From positions 13,564 through 77,563 of the forward strand of contig SVSJ01000001.1 of assembly GCA_015064355.1 (NCBI GenBank): DNA of 64,000 nt, read 5' to 3'. The position numbers and the translations under genes were made by a program. The notes beneath the pieces are model-generated. The model was not told the origin of the DNA. It was given only the letters and a program-made list of their open reading frames with translations, and made no database searches. The stretch is from Oscillospiraceae bacterium. GTDB lineage: Bacteria > Bacillota > Clostridia > Oscillospirales > CAG-272. Of this stretch, positions 1-9,052 are shown piece by piece; position 1 is the stretch's first letter; each line of letters starts with the position of its first letter.

Positions 1-297
1 GGTATTCCGCGTGGTGAGAGATATGAGCTTTGCCGTTCTGTGCATAGTGAAGCTAATGCCATAATTTCCGCCTCTCGAGAAAGTATGCTAGGTGCCACAT
101 TGTATATGTGCTGTACTGAACCTAAGACAGGAGAGATTGTTTCCGGAGTTAACTCTTGCATGATGTGCAAGAGACTCATTCTCAACGCCGGAATTGCTTA
201 CGTTGTTGTCAGAGACACAAAGGATGAGTATCGTGTGATATCCACCGACGAATGGATCGCTAACGACGATAGTCTCTCCGGAGAATTCGGATATTGA
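1..297 (+). CDS. dCMP/cytidine deaminase family protein (5' truncated by window edge)
   Basis: Frame 1 is open from base 1 (GIPRGERYELCRSVHSEANAI...). It has the HxE and CxxC (SCMMC) zinc-deaminase motifs. Confidence 0.88.
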   Translation, partial: GIPRGERYELCRSVHSEANAIISASRESMLGATLYMCCTEPKTGEIVSGVNSCMMCKRLILNAGIAYVVVRDTKDEYRVISTDEWIANDDSLSGEFGY

Positions 298-764
298 TAT
301 CCGATAAGAATTTTATGGACAATAACGTAACCATTGTTGATGCCACACTTGATAAGCTTGAAGAGATTATTCAGATTGAAGAAGAGTGCTTTACTGTTCC
401 ATGGTCCAGAAGCAATTTTGAATCTGCATTCGATGCGGATAACACAAGGATATTTGCACTTATTTCGCAGGACGGAACGATGTGTGGCTTTGCTTGCCTG
501 CTCATAATAGATTATGAAGCAGAAATTCTTAATATTGCTGTTCGACAAAATCACCGAAATAAAGGTTACGGCAAGCTTCTGATGAAGCACATGCTGGACT
601 TGTGTGATTCAAGCAGTATATCGTCAGTTTACCTCGAAGTTCGTGAATCAAACCTTTCCGCCCGTAGGCTTTATACCCAGAACGGATTTGAAATAATCGG
701 ATTAAGAAAGAGATACTACACATCTCCGGTCGAGGATGCAATATTAATGCTTAAGAAGATCTAA
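294..764 (+). CDS. rimI: Ribosomal protein S18-alanine N-acetyltransferase (GNAT)
   Basis: IEEECF..PWS, ILNIAV, RNKGYG, LEVRESN, RKRYY..PVEDA motifs; lies upstream of tsaD. Start is TTG 294 or ATG 315. Confidence 0.9.
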   Translation: MISDKNFMDNNVTIVDATLDKLEEIIQIEEECFTVPWSRSNFESAFDADNTRIFALISQDGTMCGFACLLIIDYEAEILNIAVRQNHRNKGYGKLLMKHMLDLCDSSSISSVYLEVRESNLSARRLYTQNGFEIIGLRKRYYTSPVEDAILMLKKI

Positions 765-790
765 TCAGTTAATATACAAGGTAATTATTT

Positions 791-1879
791 ATGTTAATTT
801 TGGGATTTGAAAGCTCTTGTGATGAAACAGCGGCTGCCGTTTTAAGAGTTGAAAATAATAAAATGACTGTTCTGTCGAATGTTGTTTCGTCACAGATCTC
901 TATACACGCGCTTTACGGAGGAGTTGTACCAGAAATTGCCAGCCGTGCGCATTGTGAAGCAATCACTAATGTGTGCCGTGAAGCTCTCGAAGACGCTAAT
1001 ATTACGCTTGATGACATAGACGCGATCAGCGTAACGTTTGCTCCTGGACTTATTGGATCGCTTCTGGTAGGTGTAAGCTTCGCAAAATCAATTGCAGCTG
1101 TGCTGAACAAGCCTCTTGTTCCTGTTAACCATATTGAAGCTCACGTTGCAGCCGCATACATTGAGAACGAAGAGTTAGCTCCACCATATCTTGCGCTTGT
1201 TGTGTCCGGTGGACACACATCTTTGTATAATGTGCGCGACTACGTTACATTTGACGAAATTGGTTGTTCACGCGATGATGCTTGCGGCGAGGCTTTTGAT
1301 AAGGTCGGAAGAGTAATGGGACTCCCCTACCCAGGCGGTGCCGCAATGGACAAACTTGCGAAAGAAGCGTTTGAAAAATTTGATTACACGAAAAAAGGGG
1401 CACTTAACTTCCCCTCCCCTGCTGTTAACGATGATACATTTGAGTATTCATTCAGTGGCCTTAAAACTGCTGTAATTAACCATATCCATAACGAAAAACA
1501 GAAATTGAAAGTCGATGACTTGCCTTATGACACAAAAGTTGAGATTGCTGGCGCATTCACAAAAGCTGTGTGCGACGGAATTGTGAAAAAGCTTTCGTCC
1601 GCGCTTGTTTCAACCGACACAAAGACACTTGTTATGGCCGGCGGTGTTGCTGCAAATTCACACTTGCGAAAAGCAGTAGCTGATGTCTGTGCAAAACACA
1701 AAGTTAAGTTTATTGTTCCATCATTATCCCTCTGCGGCGATAACGCTGCTATGACTGCAGCCGCAGGATATCACTCATATAATCTCGGAATAGTAGCAGG
1801 TTCTGACTTGAACGCATTTGCCTCTGACGAATCCGCAGAAGACTATCTTAATAATCTCAAGAAAAACTGCAAGCGATAA
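791..1879 (+). CDS. tsaD: tRNA N6-adenosine threonylcarbamoyltransferase
   Basis: ESSCDET, GGVVPEIASRAH, HIEAH, VSGGHT, GEAFDK, SFSGLKT, GGVAAN, DNAAM motifs. Confidence 0.97.
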   Translation: MLILGFESSCDETAAAVLRVENNKMTVLSNVVSSQISIHALYGGVVPEIASRAHCEAITNVCREALEDANITLDDIDAISVTFAPGLIGSLLVGVSFAKSIAAVLNKPLVPVNHIEAHVAAAYIENEELAPPYLALVVSGGHTSLYNVRDYVTFDEIGCSRDDACGEAFDKVGRVMGLPYPGGAAMDKLAKEAFEKFDYTKKGALNFPSPAVNDDTFEYSFSGLKTAVINHIHNEKQKLKVDDLPYDTKVEIAGAFTKAVCDGIVKKLSSALVSTDTKTLVMAGGVAANSHLRKAVADVCAKHKVKFIVPSLSLCGDNAAMTAAAGYHSYNLGIVAGSDLNAFASDESAEDYLNNLKKNCKR

Positions 1880-1957
1880 GTTAAAATAGTTCGATTTGTC
1901 GCGGGCGTTCTTGACTTTCTCCGCAAATTTTTTAAGAATCGAACGGTATTTCTTATC

Positions 1958-2941
1958 ATGAAAATTATACCTCAATACAAGAATAAAATATTATCACTTC
2001 CGGGGGAAGTAATATCCGAAAAGCTTCCTACCGCCTCAAAAGATGAATTGAAGGTGCTTCTTGCTGTATTTATGGAGCATGAATTTGAGCTTTCTGAACT
2101 TGCCACAAAGCTCGATATGACCGAGAATGCAGTCAAACGTGCTATGAATTCCTGGGAAAAAACCGGAGTAATCGTAGTAGAAAAAGAAAAGACTTCTAAA
2201 AAATCAACGAAGTCAAAAGAATCAGCAAAACAAGATAGCTCAAAATCCACTTCTAGAAATGATAATAAAGTGGTGAACGTTGACAGGTCTACCCTTCCTC
2301 ACTATACATCCGGTGAGATTGCTGCAGTTGTTGAAAAGAGAAACGGCTGCTCTGAGCTTCTTGACTCTTGTCAACAAATACTCGGTAAGATGTTTAACGC
2401 TGCCGAGACGTCCATTATCGTTGGTCTCGTGGATCATCTTTCCCTTTCAAACGATTATATAATGCTTCTGTGTTCGCATGCCTGTTCAATGGATAAGAAG
2501 TCTGTAAGATATGTTGAAAAACTTGCGCTAAACTTCTTTGATAACAACATTCTCACGTATTCTGAGCTTGAAGCAGAGCTCAGATCCATTGAAAAGCGTG
2601 CATCCGTTGAGAATTATGTCAGAAATCTATTTGGCATCGGCAAAAGAGCTCTCATTAAAAAGGAAAAAGAATACGTATCTAAGTGGACAGATTCATATAA
2701 TTTCTCAAACGAGATGATTGAACTTGCTTATGAAATAACCGTTGCCAAGACAAACGAACCAAAGCTAAGCTACGCTAATGCAATTTTAGAGAATTGGTAT
2801 GCAGCTGGTTACAAAACTACAAGCGACGTAAAAGCTGCCGAAGAAGAATGGAGTAAGAACAAAGCCAAGTCTATTGATTCCAGTTTCTCTACGGACGACT
2901 TTTATGAAGCAGCACTTATGCGTTCATATCAGTCGAATTAA
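1958..2941 (+). CDS. DnaD/DnaB-domain replication initiation protein
   Basis: N-terminal wHTH-like segment plus two DnaB_2-like repeats (SVRYVEKLA; LSYANAILENW = YxxxIxxxW); directly upstream of a DnaC-like ATPase. Confidence 0.85.
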   Translation: MKIIPQYKNKILSLPGEVISEKLPTASKDELKVLLAVFMEHEFELSELATKLDMTENAVKRAMNSWEKTGVIVVEKEKTSKKSTKSKESAKQDSSKSTSRNDNKVVNVDRSTLPHYTSGEIAAVVEKRNGCSELLDSCQQILGKMFNAAETSIIVGLVDHLSLSNDYIMLLCSHACSMDKKSVRYVEKLALNFFDNNILTYSELEAELRSIEKRASVENYVRNLFGIGKRALIKKEKEYVSKWTDSYNFSNEMIELAYEITVAKTNEPKLSYANAILENWYAAGYKTTSDVKAAEEEWSKNKAKSIDSSFSTDDFYEAALMRSYQSN

Positions 2942-2961
2942 CTAACGATAATGAGGTAATT

Positions 2962-3942
2962 ATGAGCAGAAGAGATTACATAAGACGCGCGAAAGAGATC
3001 ATTGCTGATCGACGTGCCGAAAGTATCAATAATTTTGAAAAAAACACTCAGATCGCCTCTGCTTACATAAAGGGGTTTGCTGAAGTTGATCGAGAAATTG
3101 CTCTGACCGGATCAAAAATTATGGGTCAGGCTCTTGGACGAACCGGAGAGGGTTCTTCTGTAGAAGAGATAAAGCGTGAATATGACGCGCTTGTACAAAA
3201 GAAGAAAGAGCTTCTTAAAGAAAACGGATACTCCGAGGATTTTTGCGAGATCAAATACCACTGCGCCTTGTGCTCTGACACGGGGTATGTAGGAATTAAT
3301 ATGTGCTCTTGCCTAAAACGGGAGCTTGTAATAGCTTCTCTTGAAGATTCCGGTCTCTATTCTCTTGCTGATGAACAGACTTTTGAGAATTTTTCTCTTG
3401 ACTATTATGAAAAAGATGATAAAATAGTAATGTCTCAAAATTTGAAAATGCTCAAAGATTTTTCAGAGAACTTTATTCCGGAAAAATCGGATAGTTTCCT
3501 GTTCCTTGGTGCTACCGGACTTGGCAAAACTCATCTTTCAACCGCTACAGCAACTGCTGTTATCAAGAAAGGTGCGTACGTTGTATATGAGTCAGCACTA
3601 AAAATGTTCAGTGATTATGAGGCCCGCAGATTTGGCAACAACGGGTATTTTTCCGAAGTAGATGAAGACATTGAGAAATATGTTGACTGCGACTTGCTTA
3701 TTATCGACGATTTGGGGTGCGAATTGACAAATCAGTTTACCGTATCTTGTTTATACAACATTATTAACACCAGAATGATTCGTCATAAGTCGACAATTAT
3801 CAGTACAAATCTCTCTCAGTCTGACCTTAGAAAACGTTATTCTGACAGAATAATTAGCAGAATTTTTGGCGAATTCAAACCGCTTATTTTCAGAGGCTCG
3901 GATATCAGAGAACAAAAAATCAGAAACAAATACAAAAAATAA
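2962..3942 (+). CDS. DnaC/DnaI-like helicase loader ATPase
   Basis: CxxCxDTGY...CxC zinc motif, Walker A GATGLGKT, Walker B LLIIDDLG, STN and RIISR motifs. Confidence 0.87.
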   Translation: MSRRDYIRRAKEIIADRRAESINNFEKNTQIASAYIKGFAEVDREIALTGSKIMGQALGRTGEGSSVEEIKREYDALVQKKKELLKENGYSEDFCEIKYHCALCSDTGYVGINMCSCLKRELVIASLEDSGLYSLADEQTFENFSLDYYEKDDKIVMSQNLKMLKDFSENFIPEKSDSFLFLGATGLGKTHLSTATATAVIKKGAYVVYESALKMFSDYEARRFGNNGYFSEVDEDIEKYVDCDLLIIDDLGCELTNQFTVSCLYNIINTRMIRHKSTIISTNLSQSDLRKRYSDRIISRIFGEFKPLIFRGSDIREQKIRNKYKK

Positions 3943-3966
3943 TATATATTTCAGGAGGAATCCAAA

Positions 3967-4827
3967 ATGAAAATTGGTGCTATGCTTGAATCTTTCAGAC
4001 TTGGCTTCAGAGGTGGCGTTGAAAAGGCTGCTTCCCTTGGTATTGAAGGCGTTCAGATCTATGCAACTGATGGTGAAATCTGCCCCGAAACTATGACAGA
4101 GGCGAAGATCAAGGAGACACTTGACATTATCAAGTCCAATGGTCTCGTTGTTTCTGCTCTCTGCGGTGACTTCGGTCGCGGATTTGCTAACCCTGACGAC
4201 AACGCTATTTACGTAGAAAAGTCCAAGAGAATTCTTGACCTTTCCAAGAAGCTCGAATGTAATATTGTAACTACTCACATCGGTCACGTTCCGGATGAAG
4301 AATGTGAACAGAAAGAGATCATGAGAAAGGCTTGTCGCGAGCTCGCTCTTTATGCTGACTCTGTTGGCGCAGCTTTTGCAGTTGAAACCGGTCCTGAAAA
4401 AGGTAAAGTTCTCGGTGAATTCCTTGATTCTCTCGGTGCCGGCGGTGTTCGCGTTAACTTTGACCCCGCTAACCTTGTAATGTGTGTTGACGACAGACCC
4501 GAAGAAGCACTTAAGTACATTGGCAAGTATGTTGTACATACACACGCTAAAGACGGTATCATGCTCAAAAAGAAGGTTGAGCAGGCTATCAGCATCGGTG
4601 CCGAAGCTAAGGATCACGAGGCTCTTCTTAAGATGGGCTGGAGCTATCTGGAGCTTCCTCTCGGTGAAGGTGACGTTAACTTTGACGTATACCTCCCCGC
4701 CCTTGCTGCTACCGGTTACAACGGATTCCTTACAATTGAACGCGAGGTTGGCGATCAGCCTGAAAAGGATATCGAAATGGCTGTTAAGTTCCTCCGTGAA
4801 AAGATTGAAAAGTACAACCTTAAGTAA
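3967..4827 (+). CDS. Sugar phosphate isomerase/epimerase (xylose isomerase-like TIM barrel)
   Basis: AVETG, NFDPAN, HTHAKD, LGEG, LTIERE metal motifs; AGGAGG RBS. Confidence 0.85.
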   Translation: MKIGAMLESFRLGFRGGVEKAASLGIEGVQIYATDGEICPETMTEAKIKETLDIIKSNGLVVSALCGDFGRGFANPDDNAIYVEKSKRILDLSKKLECNIVTTHIGHVPDEECEQKEIMRKACRELALYADSVGAAFAVETGPEKGKVLGEFLDSLGAGGVRVNFDPANLVMCVDDRPEEALKYIGKYVVHTHAKDGIMLKKKVEQAISIGAEAKDHEALLKMGWSYLELPLGEGDVNFDVYLPALAATGYNGFLTIEREVGDQPEKDIEMAVKFLREKIEKYNLK

Positions 4828-4829
4828 TT

Positions 4830-5354
4830 ATGAAACTGTTTATTGCATCTGACATTCACGGATCCGCTTACTATACCAAGTTGATGCTTGATGCATTTAA
4901 TGAGTCGTCTGCTGACAGACTTGTGCTTCTGGGGGATATTCTTTATCACGGCCCACGCAATGATTTGCCGAAGGACTACGCACCTAAAGCGGTTGCCGAG
5001 ATGCTCAACAAATACTCTGAAGTGATAATCTCTGTTCGTGGCAATTGCGAAGCCGAGGTTGACAGTCTTATGCTCTCTTTCCCCGTTACACCGGATTACG
5101 GCGTGATATTCGACGGAAAGTGTGCTATATACCTATCCCACGGACATCGCGAAAAACCTAAAATGCCCGCAAATTCACTCTATATCACCGGACACACACA
5201 TGTACCTCACGATATAGTTGAAGACGGCGTAAGGCTACTGAATCCAGGCTCTGTATCCATACCAAAGAATAATTCGCCGCACAGCGTGATTATCTATGAG
5301 GACGGGCAGATCAAATGGTTTGATTTGGAAAAGGCAGATTATTACACATTATAA
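4830..5354 (+). CDS. yfcE: YfcE-family metallophosphodiesterase
   Basis: SDIHG, GDILYHGPRN, RGNC, HGH, GHTH, NPGS motifs. Confidence 0.88.
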   Translation: MKLFIASDIHGSAYYTKLMLDAFNESSADRLVLLGDILYHGPRNDLPKDYAPKAVAEMLNKYSEVIISVRGNCEAEVDSLMLSFPVTPDYGVIFDGKCAIYLSHGHREKPKMPANSLYITGHTHVPHDIVEDGVRLLNPGSVSIPKNNSPHSVIIYEDGQIKWFDLEKADYYTL

Positions 5355-5361
5355 ATAATAG

Positions 5362-5396
5362 AAAGACCTCCGACCGATTAAAGTCGAAGGTCTTTT
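5362..5396. terminator. Bidirectional intrinsic terminator
   Basis: AAAGACCTCCGAC-loop-GTCGAAGGTCTTTT lies between convergent yfcE and the small ORF. Confidence 0.75.
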
Positions 5397-5425
5397 ATAT
5401 TTTATTTGTGGAAATTCACATCAAA

Positions 5426-5524
5426 TCAGCCGCAGCAGGTGCAGTTGAGAATGAGGAGAAGAAGTACGATGACTATGATCCACGCAAGTGTGTCGTTTTC
5501 AAAGAAGTTGCATAAGCATCCCAT
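5426..5524 (-). CDS. Small Cys-rich single-TM protein, 32 aa (MGCLCNFFENDTLAWIIVIVLLLLILNCTCCG); not in the ORF track
   Basis: Translated by hand. GGAGG RBS 6 nt upstream of ATG, a hydrophobic core, and a terminator downstream. Confidence 0.75.
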   Translation of the reverse strand: MGCLCNFFENDTLAWIIVIVLLLLILNCTCCG

Positions 5525-5594
5525 GATAAACCTCCGAGCCATATATGGCTTTTTTTATTGTTGAGTTGAGCGTAATTTCCTTCGCTCTGATATC

Positions 5595-5602
5595 ATAGTA
5601 TG
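5595..5602 (-). promoter_or_regulatory. Sporulation-sigma-like -10 element (CATACTAT) upstream of the small ORF
   Basis: Matches the CATA-containing -10 of sigE/sigG/sigK promoters; the -35 is not convincing. Confidence 0.35.
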
Positions 5603-5629
5603 CGCCTGCCTTGATCTTGACACTAAAGA

Positions 5630-6271
5630 TTAATTCTTTTTAAGCTCAAGCTTGTCGCAAGCGAGAAAATCATTAGCTGCTATAACGCTGTTGGTTGGAA
5701 TATTCAAAGAGTCGCCGCATTTTTTACATCTGACAGTCAAATGTTCGTCAAAAATGTCAACCTCGTAGTCGCCGTCGGAGCCGCAAGAGCACGTAATTGC
5801 ACCTTCATCAGCCAGCTCTTGAACAACGTACATGACTATGTCAAGAACCTGTGGGTCGGATAACTCAATGTTCTTTTCCCTTGATTTAGCAAGCTCAGAA
5901 TAGTCAGTATCTCCGAGCATCTGTAGAAGCTCTTTCTCTGATTCCTTGAGAGCATCTTCCACTTTATCCTGTTTCCCGATAAAGCAAATGTCAAAGCCTG
6001 AATAACTGCACGGAAGAGCAAAGAGCTCTCTGTCAAAGAACATCTGAGTTGAAATCAAGTATGAATGCGGTGTCGGACAAAGGAAGCAAGGCACATTAAG
6101 TCTTACCTTTTTCTCCTTGGTATAGATTATCTCAAGCTGAGAGTTGCCGCAAGGACACTTAAGACGGATCATATCCGCTGTAAGTGTAAAAATGCCTACT
6201 AAGCTCATTACGACCGCGCCGCAATCAGGGCATCTGTATGCAACGGTTGTTTCTTTTTTGTCAAGTATCAT
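5630..6271 (-). CDS. Hypothetical protein with multiple CxxC/CxC motifs (putative Zn-binding)
   Basis: CPDC, CPC, CFLC..H, CSC, CKKC motifs; has its own sigA-like promoter. Confidence 0.75.
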   Translation of the reverse strand: MILDKKETTVAYRCPDCGAVVMSLVGIFTLTADMIRLKCPCGNSQLEIIYTKEKKVRLNVPCFLCPTPHSYLISTQMFFDRELFALPCSYSGFDICFIGKQDKVEDALKESEKELLQMLGDTDYSELAKSREKNIELSDPQVLDIVMYVVQELADEGAITCSCGSDGDYEVDIFDEHLTVRCKKCGDSLNIPTNSVIAANDFLACDKLELKKN

Positions 6272-6306
6272 AACAGAAGATTTACCTCAAAAATAATGTA
6301 TAAACA

Positions 6307-6335
6307 ATTATACCACCTTTTATGACAAATTGCAA
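6307..6335 (-). promoter_or_regulatory. sigA-type promoter for the CxxC protein
   Basis: TTGCAA-N17-TATAAT with extended TG on the minus strand. Confidence 0.6.
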
Positions 6336-6379
6336 GAAAATTTATAGAGTTCTAATGATAATTGGAATAGTGGCTCGTG

Positions 6380-6408
6380 TTGATTTTACAATAATAATGT
6401 GATATAAT
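6380..6408 (+). promoter_or_regulatory. sigA-type promoter for the helicase
   Basis: TTGATT-N17-TATAAT with extended TG. Confidence 0.6.
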
Positions 6409-6430
6409 TAATAAAAAACGGAGGTAAGAT

Positions 6431-8881
6431 ATGCAATTTGATAAAAACGCAAATAAAATATACATTTCTGCTGACGAATTATCGCGCTATGCTTACCAAC
6501 GTGAAAATCCACAGAAACTTGTCTCGAAATATGGGTTTATTAAGGATAATCCCGCAAGAATTCCCCCTGACTTTGAGACAAGGCAAACCGGTGTATATCT
6601 CGAAAAAGAAATAACTCTTGGGGAGTATATTATTGTGGTTTACGGCCACTCAGATATTATATCCTTTGACGGTATTCTTCATTCTGCAGAACAGATCAAA
6701 TACGTGAATTATTTTCCCAGAAATATATCTCCGCTTTGGGATCCGTACAACTTTGCCAAAGCCGTAATTCTCGCCTACTTATATTCATATGACCGTAAGA
6801 TCTCAGAAATTAAAACAAAGATCACATTCATCAAAGAGTCAACCGAGGAGAAGATAACTTTTATAGCAAAGTTTACACAGGTATTTCTCTCCAGAATGTT
6901 TGATGCACTAATAGATAGAGCTCATGTATTTATCAAGCATTTTGCCGACAACAGCTCTTATTTCCCGGGTGAGTGCGAAGAAATGCCCTTCCCCTATCCA
7001 TCAATCAGAGAGGGACAGGAGGAGTTCATTAAATCTGCTTTCAGATGCATCAAGAGAGGAGAATCTCTCCTTGTGTCTGCACCTACAGGAATTGGCAAGA
7101 CAATGTCAGCGCTGTTCCCTGCGGTTAAAGCTATCGGAGCCGGAGTTGTGAATAAAGCGTTCTATGTAACGGCAAAGAATATTACCGGCAAAGCTGCGCT
7201 TGAAGCATGCGAAAAGCTTTCCAAATACGCGCCGCATCTTCTGGCTGTAAATATATCTTCAAAAGATCAGATTTGTCCACTTGGCAGAGGTAAATATTCT
7301 CAATCAGGTAGAGTTAACTGCAAGCATTGTGAGAGACTAGATAGATACACGGAAGACTTTGGAAACACATATCTTTCCTATCAGGAGAGAGAAATTTCTG
7401 CTCTCACATATTTACTGAACAGCGGAATAAACGTTTTTACATCGAAAATTATTGCAGAAGCTGCTGAAGAATTTAAGGTCTGCCCATACGAGCTTTCTCT
7501 TGACTTGTCAGAGCACTGCATGATTATCGTCTGCGATACAAACTACATAATCGACGATAATATCAGATTCAAGAGATATTTTAAGAATCCAACGCAGACC
7601 GAGAAATACGCATTTTTGTTCGACGAAGCACATAATCTTCCGGACAGAACTCGCAACACCTATTCTGCAGTTATAACTTTAACAAAAATTAATGAGCTAT
7701 ATGATATTATTAAAAACGAATTTGCTGGCGATGAGAAATTGAATGAAGCTGTCACCAATCTGATTGCATCAATGAAAGCGGTTCGCGATTTGTGCAAGGA
7801 CAACGAGTATTACCGAAATACACCCGACGGCGAGATCGTTTACGGCTACTATGAAAATTCGGTAAATCACGAAGGGCTGTCGCGTGAGATAACAAACACC
7901 TCGCGGCTTCTTCTGAAATATATTCGCGAAGAGGTTGACTCTTATCAGCTTCTCGAGCCATTCTACGACGTTCTGTCAAAAGCTGCTTTTGCTTCTGCGT
8001 TTTTTGACGAGAAATTCAGGTTCTTTGCGTCCAGAGAAAACAATGAGCTGACTATTGAGCTGTTGTGTATAGACCCATCAGGTATTCTAGAAAAGATGCT
8101 TCAGCCTGCGCGATCGGTAATTATGTTCTCGGCAACTCTGTCGCCAATAGAGTATTTCAAAGAAGTAATGGGCATCGAGCATGCAGAAACTCTGGAGCTT
8201 TGCTCTCCCTATGAACAGAACAATCTATGTCTTGTGGCTTTTGATTCCATAAGCACAAAGCTAAATGACAGACGGGATACAGCTCATGAATGTGCAGAAG
8301 CAATAGCAACAGCAATTTCTCAAAAAGTGGGCAATTATATTGTCTACTTCCCTTCTTACGATTATATGACGAGAGTTTGCAAGGTGTTCGCTAAGATTAT
8401 GCCTGAATATCCTATCGTCCTACAGCGTCAAGGAATGAGCTATAGAGAACGGGAAAGATTTGTTAATCTCTTCCGTGAAAGAAGGCACGAGGCTATCATC
8501 GGCTTCTGCGTTCTCGGTGGTATGTTTTCTGAAGGTATCGATCTGGCGGGCGAAAGCTTGATAGGTGCTATTATAGTAGGCACAGGTATGCCATCCTTGT
8601 CGGCCGAGAGGAACATTATGGAAGCGTACTATAATGACGAGAACGGCAGAGGCCACGAGTTTGCATATACCTGCCCCGGAATGAATAAAGTGCTTCAGGC
8701 TGCGGGCCGTGTTATAAGATCTGAAAACGACAAGGGTATTGTTGTTCTTATAGATGACAGATACTCAGAACCCGGTATGAAAATGCTATTGCCAACCCAC
8801 TGGAGACACATTAAGTTCACCGGTGATCTTACTTCCCTTTCTGCAATTATTTCAGACTTTTGGAGCAGAAAAGCAGACTGA
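6431..8881 (+). CDS. ATP-dependent DNA helicase, Rad3/XPD/DinG family (Fe-S), with N-terminal extension
   Basis: Q motif (REGQ), APTGIGKT, Fe-S cysteines (ICP..CKHC..CPYE), DEAHNL, SATL, EGID, QAAGRVIR. Confidence 0.92.
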   Translation: MQFDKNANKIYISADELSRYAYQRENPQKLVSKYGFIKDNPARIPPDFETRQTGVYLEKEITLGEYIIVVYGHSDIISFDGILHSAEQIKYVNYFPRNISPLWDPYNFAKAVILAYLYSYDRKISEIKTKITFIKESTEEKITFIAKFTQVFLSRMFDALIDRAHVFIKHFADNSSYFPGECEEMPFPYPSIREGQEEFIKSAFRCIKRGESLLVSAPTGIGKTMSALFPAVKAIGAGVVNKAFYVTAKNITGKAALEACEKLSKYAPHLLAVNISSKDQICPLGRGKYSQSGRVNCKHCERLDRYTEDFGNTYLSYQEREISALTYLLNSGINVFTSKIIAEAAEEFKVCPYELSLDLSEHCMIIVCDTNYIIDDNIRFKRYFKNPTQTEKYAFLFDEAHNLPDRTRNTYSAVITLTKINELYDIIKNEFAGDEKLNEAVTNLIASMKAVRDLCKDNEYYRNTPDGEIVYGYYENSVNHEGLSREITNTSRLLLKYIREEVDSYQLLEPFYDVLSKAAFASAFFDEKFRFFASRENNELTIELLCIDPSGILEKMLQPARSVIMFSATLSPIEYFKEVMGIEHAETLELCSPYEQNNLCLVAFDSISTKLNDRRDTAHECAEAIATAISQKVGNYIVYFPSYDYMTRVCKVFAKIMPEYPIVLQRQGMSYRERERFVNLFRERRHEAIIGFCVLGGMFSEGIDLAGESLIGAIIVGTGMPSLSAERNIMEAYYNDENGRGHEFAYTCPGMNKVLQAAGRVIRSENDKGIVVLIDDRYSEPGMKMLLPTHWRHIKFTGDLTSLSAIISDFWSRKAD

Positions 8882-9052
8882 TAACAAAAAAGCATTTGTT
8901 TGCACTATATATTTTTTACAAAGTGACGAAATTGAAATTTTTGCTAAATTCTATTTATTTTTTCGTCGATTTGTGATATAATTTTTAGGTTGGAATATTT
9001 TACACGAAAGGATTGTTTATCTATTTGATTTCAGATAAACAGGTAATCAGTT

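Noticed and set aside
1958-3942. DnaD plus DnaC/IstB-like ATPase read as a prophage or IS21 module
   Set aside because: There is no integrase, IstA transposase, terminal repeat or phage gene nearby; this pair is a normal chromosomal feature of Clostridia.
3751-4617. 288-aa antisense ORF opposite the sugar isomerase
   Set aside because: Antisense shadow of a biased gene that overlaps two real CDS.
6431-8881. DinG helicase with Cas4-like N-terminus read as type IV CRISPR or a defence system
   Set aside because: No cas genes, repeat array or defence neighbours; the context is housekeeping.
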